From: Moniliella sp. 'wahieum'
Taxonomy: Eukaryota
Direction of reading: 5' to 3'
Assembly (NCBI GenBank): GCA_003971905.1
Contig: RSEE01000005.1
Span: forward strand, 310,001-374,000
DNA length: 64,000 nt
In this document: positions 12,761 to 24,672 of the stretch, in pieces
Layout: every line of letters begins with the position of its first letter
Position numbering within the stretch: position 1 is the first letter of the stretch
Notes under the pieces: generated by a model
Database searches by the model: none
What the model was told of the DNA's origin: nothing
What the model saw: only the letters and a program-made list of their open reading frames with translations
Translations under genes and position numbers: made by a program

Positions 12761-14323
12761 ATGCCGCTCAACTACTCCAAGTGGGACAACCTCGAGCTTT
12801 CCGACGACAGCGACGTGGAAGTCCACCCCAACGTTGACAAGCGCTCCTTTATCCGGTGGAAGCAGCGACATTCACGAGAAGCGCGCCGCGCGCAAGGCCA
12901 CGTACGATGCGCTGCAGGCCGAGCATCTCATGTCGCAGCAACTGCTGCCTGTGCTCGATGACCTCAAGAGCAACACCGCATCTGCCGGCGCGGACATGGG
13001 CCACAACTTCTTTGCCCGTCGTGTTGCCCAGCTTTCTGCTGAACGCGACGCGCGCGCGGCGAGGGGCGAGGTGGACAACAACCACCCGACCAATGATATG
13101 ATCCTCTCTCTCCTGCTCCAGATCCAAACCGCCGACTCGGTCAAGGGCAAGCAGGGTGCTGAACTGGACCAGGCCCTTGTTTCAAGCCTCACCTACCACC
13201 GCGATCGCCTCGAGCAGCGCGACAAAGAGGTTCTTGCTGAGATTGCGGAGATGGACGAGGAAGACAAGAAGAAGATCACAAGTGAAAGCATTCACGATGC
13301 ATTCAACACGGCGTATGTACATTGTGATTATTCTTTCGATAACCCTGCTGACCCTATGACTCGCAGTTTGTTTCCAAGGAGAAGGAGGAGGAAGATGCTA
13401 AAGCCGCCAAGGCTGCCTCGAAGGCCAAGGCGCCTGCAACAACAACAACAATCGAGACTCTCAATTCACCCGGCGTGCAAGCTCAGACTGCGGGCGTGAG
13501 CTCCAATGCGGAGAAGGAGGAGGAGGAAGAGACGATTCATGCCGCGACGCCCGAGATGATCGAGTTCACACAACTGCCTTCGTCCATCCCCCCCTCTTCC
13601 CCTGGAGACGTCCGTGCTTCCAACCAACTTCTCGCTCGGCACGATCAATATGGATGCATTTGACAAGGCCTATGACTTTCTCAAGGCCCACCCGCGCCTG
13701 GTCAAGAGTCAATCAGCCCGTGCGGTGGACAGTCTGTTGCTGACGGCGTTGCAGACTCAACAGCAGGGCAAGGACGCGCAGGCGCGCAAGGTGGTGGAAA
13801 AAGCAATACTCCTGCAGTTCTGTGCCAAGCTTGGCCCCGACGGTGTCCGCCTCTTTTTCCAGCGCATGACCCAAACTCGTGGCCAGGCGGCTGTCTTTTT
13901 CCTGAACGATGTGCTGAACACGTACGTGCGCATTCGCGGGAGTGCAGCCAGACTGGCTGCTGAAGCGGCCGAGGAAGGCGAGGAAGGCGAGGAGCAGATC
14001 CAGTTGGTCGCCGAAGACCCGAATGTCAAGATTGGCTTTAACATCCCCGAGGGGCCACCACCCGAGAAGCTGGAGCTGGCTAGTGAAGGCTTTGAGGGTG
14101 TCACACCCGAAATGGTACGGGAGATGCTACAACGGCAGTGGGACATCTTCTCCTCTTTCCCGCCCGACTTTCAAGAAGCGCTCAAGACGAAGAGTTGGAC
14201 AAGGTCAATGCCTGCCTTGGCCGCATGCCGCTCGCACAGGCGGAAGAGACAGTGCAGAAACTGGACGAGGGCGGCATCCTGAACTTTTCTTCGACAGAAG
14301 TGCAAGATGATACGGGCAAGTGA
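12761..14323 (+). CDS. CDC37: Hsp90 kinase co-chaperone Cdc37
   Basis: MPLNYSKWDNLELSDDSDVEVHPNVDKRSFIRWKQ; LQFCAKLGPDGVRLFF; FPPDFQEALK...LDKVNACLGRM; intron ~13313-13366. Confidence 0.97.
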
Positions 14324-15000
14324 AAGCAAAAGCCCTGATGCAATGCCTATCTGCCTTTGGACTCAGTGAGTCGCCATCGCTAGGCACGTTGAGGGAGATC
14401 TGCTGTAGCTTGCAATCTGAGCCTTGCGCCTGGGGCTACCACAGGCTAGCAGTTATTCAGTGGTCATACTATGTAAAGAGGAAAGTGGGGGGATAATCAG
14501 GTTGTGCGCCACAGTGGCGGGCTGTGGAGAGCTAAAAACAAGAGGAAATGTCATGGTGCGTGTCAACATTCAATCCAGTGCCCCGGCAGAGACAGCCTGC
14601 GACACGGAACTTGGGTTGTTTTCCAGACAAAGAGACCGTGCAGGTCGGATGCCCAGAACAGGAAGCGCGGGGCGGTGACGATTGTTCAATGAACGCATTG
14701 CCCCAGAGGTGAGGGCTCAGGCTGAGCGCTGAGCCAGCGCTGAGCGCCGAGTGAGTATACGGCGCTCTAAGATCTAAGCAGAGCCAGTTGACGCGCGCTA
14801 ACGGCGCGTGTCGGATCGAACGTGGGATGATCGATGAAGCTGAGGCCCACTGGGGAAATGGTTCGACCTGGGGCTCCCGCCTCAGCCTGACTGCGCAGGC
14901 CCAGGAGGCCGGCAGCAGCTGGTTGATGCGAGTGAGTGGGTTGGACCGACACGGCCGAGGCAGCAGCACCAAAAGCAGCACCGAGCACCTCGCAGCACCT

Positions 15001-15035
15001 CGAAGCACCTCGATGCGTCCCGAAGCATCTCGAAC
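15001..15035 (+). promoter_or_regulatory. putative imperfect heat-shock elements upstream of HSP104
   Basis: cGAAgcaTCtcGAAc at 15020-15034 and a similar copy at 15001, about 250-290 bp before the ATG. Confidence 0.35.
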
Positions 15036-15287
15036 CGGCCCGCACTCAGTCGTACTCACTGGAACACGCGTCATCCGCCCAGTGTGCGGATGCGTGACGC
15101 GTGACAGGAGCACGGGCCACACCCATCATCACACGTCACATATCACACGCCACATGTCACATGTCGTCGCTGAGCAGCAGTCCCATTTAAAAAGCAGCCT
15201 ACCCGGCACTCAGCCCCATCTCACCCCCAAGTTGCCAGCAGGCACCCTCTCTCTTACCACCCTTCCTGCCCTCCATCGATCCCCACC

Positions 15288-18117
15288 ATGTCCAACGAAG
15301 GCTTCCAATTCACCGACCGCGCCAACGGCGTCCTGGCCCAGGCGCTCCAGCTTGCCAAGGACAGCCCCATGCCCTCGTCGCCCCTGCCCATCTCGAACTT
15401 GCACTGCTCACCGATCGCACTCAAACTTCCCAAGGGCCATCCAGCGGCAAAGATGCCCCCGCTAACGAGTCCCTTCTGCATGCTGTCCTCGCCAAGTCGG
15501 GGGTCAACACGCAGCGCGTCGAGGAGGATCTGCGCTCTGCCATCCGCAAAATCCCCCAGCAAAATCCACCTCCCGACGAGGTGAGCATTAGCAGCCCCCT
15601 GCTCAAGTCCCTCAAGGCTGCCGACAAACTCCGCACCTCCCAACACGACAGCTTTATCGCCCAAGACCACCTTATCCTCTCCCTTCTTGACCACGACAGC
15701 AAGTTTGTCGACATTCTCAAGGCAAACGGCCTGACCAATGTCGAGGTCCTCAAGACCGCCCTAACCCAAGCACGTGGCGCACGCCGCATCGACTCTAAGA
15801 ATGCCGAGGCTGGCTTTGACGCCCTTAACAAGTATACCACCGATCTCACTGCCCTCGCTGCCGAGGGCAAGATTGACCCAGTAATTGGTGCGTAACTCAT
15901 CTCTCATACCATCCCATGACTGCTTGTACTGACTGTTGCTATCTCTCCCAGGACGCGACGCTGAAATCCGGCGCATCATTCGTGTTCTCTCTCGTCGTAC
16001 CAAGAACAATGCCGTCCTCCTTGGTGAGCCCGGTGTAGGCAAAACCGCTGTTGTCGAGGGTTTGGCCAACCGGATTGTCAACCGGGACGTGCCTCCCAAC
16101 TTGATTGGGCGACTCTTGTCGCTCGACATGGGCGCTCTCATGGCTGGAGCCAAGTACCGCGGCGAGTACGAGGAGCGAGTCAAGGCGGTTCTTGAGGAAA
16201 TCGAAAAAATGCAAGAAGACGGGACGAATGTGGTCTTGTTCATTGACGAGATTCACCTCATCATGGCCGGAGGCGGCAGCGGCGGCATGGATGCCGCCAA
16301 CCTGCTCAAGCCTATGCTGGCTCGTGGCAAACTGCGCTGCATTGGCGCCACGACGCTGGCCGAGTACCGCCAGTACATTGAGAAGGACGCTGCTTTTGAG
16401 CGTCGTTTCCAGACTGTTTTGGTGGAGGAGCCGGATGTGGAAGCGACGATTGCCATCCTTCGTGGTATCCGGACAAGTATGAGGTTCACCACGGTGTTCG
16501 CATCCTCGACTCGGCGCTTGTTGCGGCCGCCACTCTAGCCAAGCGCTACCTTACCAACCGCCGCATGCCCGACAGTGCGATTGACCTGGTCGATGAAGCC
16601 AGTGCGGACGTGCGGGTTCAGCGCGACACAGTACCGGAAGACATCGACAAGTTGCAGCGCAAGAAGCTGCAACTCGAGGTGGCCATCCACGCGCTCGAGC
16701 GCGAGAAGGACCCGGCCAGCAAAGAGGCCCTGGCGAACACTAAGAAGGAGCTTGCCCAGCTCGACGAGGAGTTGGGCCCCAAGATTGCTGCTCATGAGGC
16801 CGAGAAGGAGAAGGGCGATGAGCTGAATGCGACGCGGCGTCGCATCGACGAGCTGCAAGCTAAAGCGGCCGACGCCGAGCGTAGGTACGACGTGCAAACG
16901 GCGGCTGACCTGCGCTACTATGCCATCCCCGAGTTGGAGAACAAAGTCAAGCGGCTACAGGAGGAGGAGCGCAAGCGCGAGGAGCACGACCTTTCATCCG
17001 GCAAGAACTCAGTGACACCCGAGGCTATTGCTACGATTGTCTCGCGCTGGACTGGGGTACCGGCGAGCCGGATGATGGAGAGCGAGAAGAAGAAACTCTT
17101 GACGTTGGAGAAGTACCTCAGCCGTGACGTTGTGGGTCAGCCGGAGGCAGTCAAGGCTGTCGCCCAGGCCATTCGTCTTTCGCGCAGTGGCCTGGCCAAC
17201 CCCAACCGTCCCATTGCCTCTTTCCTGTTCTGCGGGCCTTCGGGTACAGGTAAAACCTTGTTGTCAAAGTCGCTCTCTAACAGCTGTTTGACGACGAAAA
17301 CGCGATGATGCGCATTGATGCGTCCGAGTACAGTGAAAGCACTCTATCTCTCGTCTGATTGGTGCGCCACCTGGGTACGTTGGCCACGACCAAGGTGGTC
17401 AGCTGACTGAGTGGGTTCGTCGCCGGCCATACTCGGTGATTTTGATTGACGAGATTGAAAAGGCGGCACGGGAGTTCTTGACGCTCTTCCTTGCCATCTA
17501 GACGATGGCCGTGCCACTGATGGCCAAGGCCGTGTTGTCTCGTTCAAGAACACGATCATCATCATGACATCAACTTGGGTGCCCAGTATCTGATGGAGTC
17601 GGATACCGATGGCGGCCCCATCAGCCAACATACTGCCGACTTGGTCAATGGTGCCATTGCTGCCCATCTCCCGCCCGAATTCCGCAACCGTGTGGACTCG
17701 ATTGTCATTTTCCGCAAGCTCAGCCGGAGCAACATTCGCGAAATTGTCGACAACCGGGTGGGAGGTGCAGCAGCGTCTCAATGCTCGGGCAAGCGAATGA
17801 AGATTGAGCTGGACAATGGTGCCAAAGACTACTTGGCCAGTGTCGGCTACAGCCCCACTTTGGGCGCTCGTCCATTGGCCCGGGCGATCCAGAGCGAGCT
17901 GCTGAACCCATTGTCGGTCTACATTTTGCGCGGTCAAGTGCAGGATGGCGAGAAGATCCACGTGACGTTCAACGGCCCAGAAAATCATCTTGAGATCCAG
18001 GCGAACCATCCGATTCCGGAGCAATTAAGGACTTGGACCCGTCTGACATCCGACGACGACGACGACGATGATGAGGATTTTTACAACCGCCCCAACCCCA
18101 TCGAGCCACTGGACTAA
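15288..18117 (+). CDS. HSP104: Hsp104/ClpB AAA+ disaggregase
   Basis: [15 protein letters not shown] (intron 15888-15951), [14 protein letters not shown], second Walker [19 protein letters not shown], acidic C-terminal tail; no mitochondrial presequence. Confidence 0.97.
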
Positions 18118-18641
18118 GCACTGCATCCCCGCCGGCCGAACCATCCCCTCCCTCTTCTAAGCCTGCCAAGGGGCACAGGCATAACAAGAAACACCCCTCT
18201 CCAAAGACTTCCCTCTCTGTTAGGGATGAGCGCAAGGCCAAGCGACCTCGACGCTCGTGATTCCATCTGTTCTGTTGATGTATCCTGCAAACACTCCCAA
18301 ATCTAGTAGCTTGTATCCATGCGAAATTTCCTGTCAATACCTTGGTCATTGCCTGTAGATCGGATGACAGTATGCTCGGCATGTTGAACCAAAAAGCAGC
18401 AAGGTTGCTCGAACCAGTCGTGGTCGTATGAGCAATAGTAGTAGTACATCAGGGAGTCGTTCATGCCAGCAATTGGGAAAGTATTAGTCCAAAGCAGAGC
18501 AGCCCATAGTAAACGTCTTGGCTGCTGGCCCGTTGACGCTCAGTTGAAGTGGCTGGTCATTCGGCGTCAGTCAAACGCGGGACCCCACAGGGGCAAACAA
18601 CCTCAGCGGCAAATGACGGGAATGACCCTAGCGACAAATGC

Positions 18642-19320
18642 TTAATACTTCAACTGATCCGGGTCCACGCCTCCCGCTTGAGCAAGGGACGACAACACCC
18701 CCTCGGGTCGCATCGAGGCAGCAGCAAATGCCTCGGCCGGAGCAAACGAGTACACCGGTGCGCCGAGTCCCAAACTTCGAGCCAGTTGGCGGTACTTGGA
18801 CCGGATGCGGGAGAGTAACTGGGAGATGTCCTCTTCTTCCTCTCCCTCTTTCTCTTTCCCATCAGATTTGGGTGGATCGGAAGAAGATGGATCGTCATCG
18901 TGAACATTTTGATCGCCATGGAGTCCTTCGGGCGCTGGTTCTGATGCCGAGTGGTTCTCCAATGGGAACTGGTCAATCAGCTCGAGGAATTTGGTAATCT
19001 GGATGGTTTGCTTGACCTGTCTCCTGGACGTAGCTTGTTCCTCCCCCTCCTCCACACTCGCATGAAGCACACGCATCCATGTGCGTGCCAGGCCCTCGTA
19101 GTAGCCCAGCTCAGACCAGACCGAAAAGGCGTGTTGGACACCCAAGTTGCCCCCGTCGGCACGGCCATGGGCAGCACCATGCTCGTACCCGCCTCGGTAT
19201 CCCCGGTCAAACGCGCTGGATCAAGCGTCAGTGTGTGGGTGAGCGAAAACGGGGGACACACACGTACGACTCTTCGACGTGGTTGAGCGCTTCAAAATCA
19301 ACGCTGCCTTGGTTGGACAT
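18642..19320 (-). CDS. LTO1: Lto1/ORAOV1 (Yae1_N family) CIA adaptor
   Basis: MSNQGSVDFEALNHVEES, intron ~19216-19267, GX3-repeat FDRGYRGGYEHGAAHG...LGVQHAFSVWSELGYYEG, RIRSKYRQL. Confidence 0.8.
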
Positions 19321-19526
19321 CACGCCGGGGGCGGTGGTGGTGGTGTGGCAGGAGAAAAGGCCGTCTTACCTCCGGCTGGAAAAAAAATGAAAGCAAATAA
19401 GCGAGCAAACAAGCAAGCGGACGTAATTTAACGTGGGCTGGACGTGCTGAACTTGAGCAGCTTGCGCGGCCTGTCACCACCACCAATCCTGTTCACTTCA
19501 TCGGTCCAGTGTTCCAACGCCCCTCG

Positions 19527-21297
19527 ATGGGCTCGCGCTTGCTCAGACTGCCACCCGAGATATGGGTGGAGGTATCCGAAGTGCTCTTGAGGCTCGAGGG
19601 CGCCAAAGCTTCCACCTCACTTGCCAGGCTCTCGTGCGTATCCCACAAGGCGAATGAGCTGGTGGAGCAATGCGGGTGGGATGTCTATCTTCGCTGGTTC
19701 CCTGTGACCAAAACGTTGCGAGCGCCGCTGCTCGCCTCTGCACGGGAAAGGGCATCCGAGTCGTACCTTTGCCGCAAGTCTTGGGACGAGATGAAAATGC
19801 AGGTGACACGAGCCTTCCTTACTGATGATGCGCGCAAGGTAACCGGCCCGCTCCTGTTGCTCGGGACCGAATGCGTCTTGCTCTTTGTTCATTCCCACGT
19901 TCATGTCCGTACCCTACCTCGGGAGCACGCTCAACGTCGGCTCGGTTCGATTCGCTTTGATTTGATGCCCACCGCGGGCAAGGTGGGGCAATGCAGAACT
20001 TTACTTCAGCCTGCATGGTCGACCCAAGCGGTTCCAAAGTGATTGTGGGCCGCATCGATGGCAGCTTGGAGGAATACCGCCTTCCCTTGCACCTCCTCCG
20101 ACAACCCAAAAAAGAGGAAACAGTCGATCTCTCTCCAGGCGGCGGCCACCTTGGTTCCGTGTCCGCCAGCTCCCGAACTCCCTTCGATACGGAGGGTGAT
20201 GCAGCAACACCCTGCCCAGGCACTGTCCTACGCTGATGGTTTGCTAGCCACCCTCACTCGGAGTGGGAGGGTAAGTTTGTGGGCTAAACGAACCGAGTGG
20301 GTGAAAATATGGGAGGTGGAGTTGAAAATGCAAGCGTGGACATGTCTCTTGGATCGTGCTCATCGTTGGCTAGCTATTGGGGCCAAAGGCGCCGAAAGCC
20401 TGCTGCTCTTCCCGTTGGCAGACAATCTGTCCCTCAACCCGCCTATGGTCCTCAGCACTCTATATTGTCCTTCTGGTGCGACCCGAGGAGGGGTCCTATA
20501 CCAAGCCAAATGGGGGAAGGAAAGTTGAGTTCAGTGTTTGCTCTGCTCCCGTTCACACACCTCCTTATTGCTGGGTTTTACGACGGGTGGTGCGAGTATA
20601 TGACCTGTCTCAAGTCCATGGCACGACTTGCCCAACCAGGCATCGCTCGGTGCGCCCGAGCAGTGGCCCATTCCTGTCTACTCTGTGCCTACTACACCCC
20701 AGAGGAGAGGCCAGATCCCACTTCCACCTGGGTGCCTGCCTTGACGCCAATCATGCATTACCGAGACCGTTTCGACGACTCAGCAGTCTACTGCCTCTCG
20801 CTGGGTGCCAACTGCATCTTGGCCGGCATATCCACCTCGGGAATCGTCAAGATGTACCCTCTCTCTACCCCCGTGCCCTCCTCCTCACTTGCCAGTCTTG
20901 CCGAACCCAGTGCCGCGTCGCTGGTGCAGCGCTTCTGCTTGCGTGGCACCGATACTGTGACCCTCTCCACCTCTCTTCCCCCCGGCTCGTCGGAGGGGAA
21001 AACGATACGCTGGCTACCCGTCCCGCTCGCCCGTGTTTGCGCTGGTGGCCGATTGGAATCGGATGGTAGGCGTGACGGATTGCTTGGTATTTGATGTCGA
21101 GGTGGGCGCGACCGACAAGGGGCAGTTGCCGACAAGCCGCCCTCGGCTTTAACGCAAAAGTCTTCACACAGCCGCGATCCGCCTCCTAATTCTCACCTCC
21201 AGATCGCACCCTTCACCGAGCTCTCCTCCTCGTCCACGCTCTCCTGACTATGTACGCTCTCATAAGGCAGGACGGAAAGGGGAGGAAGAGGCGTTGA
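19527..21297 (+). CDS. F-box protein with WD40-like C-terminal region
   Basis: LLRLPPEIWVEVSEVL...LARLSCVSH (F-box-like); IVGRIDGSLEEY, LIAGFYDG, VYCLSLGANCILAG...GIVKMY beta-propeller-like repeats; end uncertain. Confidence 0.6.
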
Positions 21298-21850
21298 GGG
21301 TACTGCCGTATCTGTCGTTTGAGTCGACAGCGCTGGCATATGCCTAATGTTAATGATTGGGTTTTCCTATTCATCTTAGCAGGGCATGTGTGCCGATGGG
21401 GTTCATTCTTAGTAGTCTGGCGCATACCTACTAATAGTAGGCCGAGGCGTTACAGCGTTACCGCACCAACAATCAGCCATGCTGCGTTCTGCTCTGTCGT
21501 GGTATGTAGGAGAGGGCATATGTGAGCGCGTAACAAGAACGACCGCTTTCCCGTGAGTTCTTGGAGTCTGGTGCTTTCCGTGGCCAAGATGGTAAACGTC
21601 AATCGACGATCCTTGCAACAACAGATTTTTTGTACGTTGTTGAAGAGGACATCGGCACGCCTTACCTGGCTATGTGGAGTGCGGCTGCTTGTTAAGCTCA
21701 TTGGTTGAACGCCTTTCCCTTGCCTCAGCAAAATAATTTAAACGCAATTCCGCCCGACTGGGGCGGAAGCTGCAGGAAGATCCTCCCGTTTGGCAGAACA
21801 AGCCGCCCCCACCGGTGCCGCCGCCAACGACGACGACCAGCAACTTCAAC

Positions 21851-22677
21851 ATGTCGGCGCTGCGTGTGTTTGGGCTGGGTGCCAGCTTGCGCAGGACGTC
21901 CCTGGCCATTTACCCACGCTACTTCTCCACAACCAGCCGTACTTGTGCCTCGTCCGAGGCCGACCAAGATGCGGGTGCTGCTCCTGCCAATGCAGAGGGA
22001 GCCGCTGAAGAGGGTGGGTGGGATTCCTTCAAGCAGCAGTAGCTGCCGCTTCTCCAAAAACTAACCTCTTCATTTCTTTCCATTTCCATCAGGTTCTAGG
22101 TCGGCCACGCCAGCTGGGACTGTGCTAGGGTCTGTCCATCTTTAAGGACAAGCCGGACCCGGTGGCCAAGCCCGACTCGTGGTATCCCCCCTGGGTGTGG
22201 GAGGTCAACACGCGTCGTGGTGTGGAGGAGGAGGTGAACACTGGTCCTGGTGGCTTGGGTGCCTGGCACCTCGACACGACGGGTATGACCAAAGGTCAGG
22301 CGCGTACTGCGGAAAAGCGGTTGGTACGCGAGCGTCGCCGTCAAATGCGTTTGGCAGAGAAGGAACGGTTGCGCAAAGAAGCCATCCTGGCCGAACGGAT
22401 TGCGCGTGGTGAGAAGATTGAGGCTGAGGACCCCGAGGAAGCGAAACGTCGTGCAGCGCTTGAGAAGGAGAAGAAGGAGAAAGAGGACCACGAGTACTAT
22501 CTTCGCACTGGTATCACTCCCCGCCCCGTGCCCTTCAAGACACCAAGGCCAAGCTCGATCAAAAGGCCCGCGCGGCAATTCGCGAGTCCAACTTCGTCAA
22601 GAAGTCGTCTTGAGAATACGGATTCTAGAATACAAGATGGTATAATATTGTGCGAGCCACAGGAGAGAGAGGAGTGA
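21851..22677 (+). CDS. MRPL37: mitochondrial ribosomal protein mL54 (yeast Mrpl37 family)
   Basis: Presequence MSALRVFGLGASLRR; intron ~22017-22092; SATPAGTVLG...FKDKPDPVAKPDSWYPPWVW followed by basic KRLVRERRRQMR. Confidence 0.8.
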
Positions 22678-22752
22678 AACGGGGAAGAAGGGGAATGGAA
22701 AAGCGAGGTAGAACGACAAAGTGATGTGCAGCGGCAGTAGGTGGATATAACT

Positions 22753-23534
22753 CTAATCAACTACTCTCACACTGCTGCCCCTGTGACGCGCGCACCCCTT
22801 CGGCGCTTTGTTCCTCCGTCATACGCAGGTGTTCCTCTTCATAGATCAGCAAAGGTCGGTTGTGATCAGTTACCTCGGGGATGGTGAGACGCAGGCCGAA
22901 GGCGCGGGCGAGGATAATCTTGAAAATATTTTGAACGTTGTGGCTTCGGTGCTGGAGGAGAAGATGAGGGGAGCACGCATCGCACGAGCGTACCGCCGCG
23001 CTGCACGAATGTTGTCCTCCCGTTCAACCAGGGGCAACTCGTTGAACAGATCGTACTTGGTGCCCACCAAGATTGGGATCGCACGCCGGTTGAACCCTTT
23101 GACTTGGCGGTACCACCCCCGAACGCTGTCCAGCGTCGGACGGCGAGTGAGGTCAAACATGTACAGGATGGCAACGCGCTGTTGCAGACCATGGGGAGCA
23201 TGTTGACAAACTCGCGTGCGCCGCCCAAGTCCCAAAGACTAAACGTAATCGGTGTTGGCGGATGCGGATGGTACGCTCCATGAAGTGAACCCCCAGCGTT
23301 TGAATGTACTCTTCATCAAACTGATTGTGAATGTACCTAACCATCAACGACGTCTTGCCAATCTGGGCATCCCCCACAATGCCAACTTTGAGGATAACAC
23401 TGGAAAAAGAAGAAGGTGAGCGAGAGAAGCTGGTCCGGGTCCGATTCGTAAAAGGCAGAATGGGGCATCAACGTACGCTTGACGCTCGCCCTCTCGGGCG
23501 CAGGAGGCGCAGATGCAACTGGTGTGGACGACAT
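22753..23534 (-). CDS. TEM1: septation/mitotic-exit GTPase Tem1/Spg1
   Basis: LKVGIVGDAQIGKTSLMVRY, YIQTLGVHFMERTI, WDLGGAREFVNMLPMVC, MFDLTRRPTL, ILVGTKYD, IFKIILARAFGLRLTIPE; intron ~23400-23476. Confidence 0.92.
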
Positions 23535-23893
23535 GAACGAGAGCGGCAACACAAAGCGCAGAGGAAAACGAAAGTGTGACGTGCGTGCTAGCGGAGAAGG
23601 GTGCTGGACACAATCCAATAGGAGAGTGCGGGGGACCTGAGAAGAAGGAAGTCGGATTGGGGCCGGGGCCGAGGTCGCGATAGGGGTCGGGTAGCCCGTG
23701 GGGAAGCAAGAGCCAGGAGACAATGGCGGAGATGGAGGCGAACCAACCCTATCGGAGGCGTTTGTTAGCAGCTGCCTTGAGCACACTGCTCCTGTGCGAA
23801 GCCCGCCAGATCAACACTCTTTTGAACGTTCAATATCGGCCGCTGCGCATGCTGGCGCGTGGCGAAATAGCGAAAGTCGCGGGTTCGGTCGCG

Positions 23894-23916
23894 TATATAT
23901 AGCCAGGCTATATATA
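23894..23916. promoter_or_regulatory. perfect inverted repeat carrying two TATA tracts
   Basis: tatatatagcc-a-ggctatatata: 11-bp arms with a 1-nt spacer. Confidence 0.6.
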
Positions 23917-24672
23917 TAGCTAGCTGTCCTTATCAATTGTGCAGGCCGTGGATGGAAGCGTCAGGAGAATTGACCTCCAACACGGTAAAGCCATTCCACC
24001 CTTCATTAAATGATGCACGCTCTCTTTCAAGGATTCATCCATGAACGCCATAGTTCTTCGCTACAATTACAAACCCTCCTGTTGTTGTAGAGTGATGACC
24101 CGATGAAGCACGAAAAACGCGCGCAAACACGTCAGGTTGGTAACATCGTTCCCTCGCTTCGTCAGAACGAAAGGGATGAAGGGTTCTTGGACATGTCCCA
24201 ACAGGTACTTGGCGTTCTTATCGCATACTAATAACTCTGGGCTCAAAAACTGCTCAAGAACCCAAGCTCCTCCCTCTGTTGAGGCATAAGGGCGCTGCGC
24301 TGATCCGTGGAGCGCGGATTACAGGGAAAAGAGACATGAGAGATGCCTCAGGTCTCAACGTTCAACCAACTAGGTGTGATGGAATATCGTGCACCGTGGG
24401 GGCCTCAAGGGAATAGTGTAGGCAAGACAAGGCTTGTGCGGTTGGGGCTGAGGGGGCTGAAGCAAACAACTATAGTAGAGTATACAGTGTATAAAATCTT
24501 CAACAACGTGTGGTGTGGTGTGGCGTGTTGCTGTGGTGTAAGTGCGACTGATGAGGAGCGCAAAGATCAATATGGTCATGAAAATATGCACATTCAACCC
24601 GTGGCAGCGTCAATCGGCCTGGTACGGGATATACGTAAGTGTGGGGGGAAGCGCCCTGACAGGAATGTGGGC

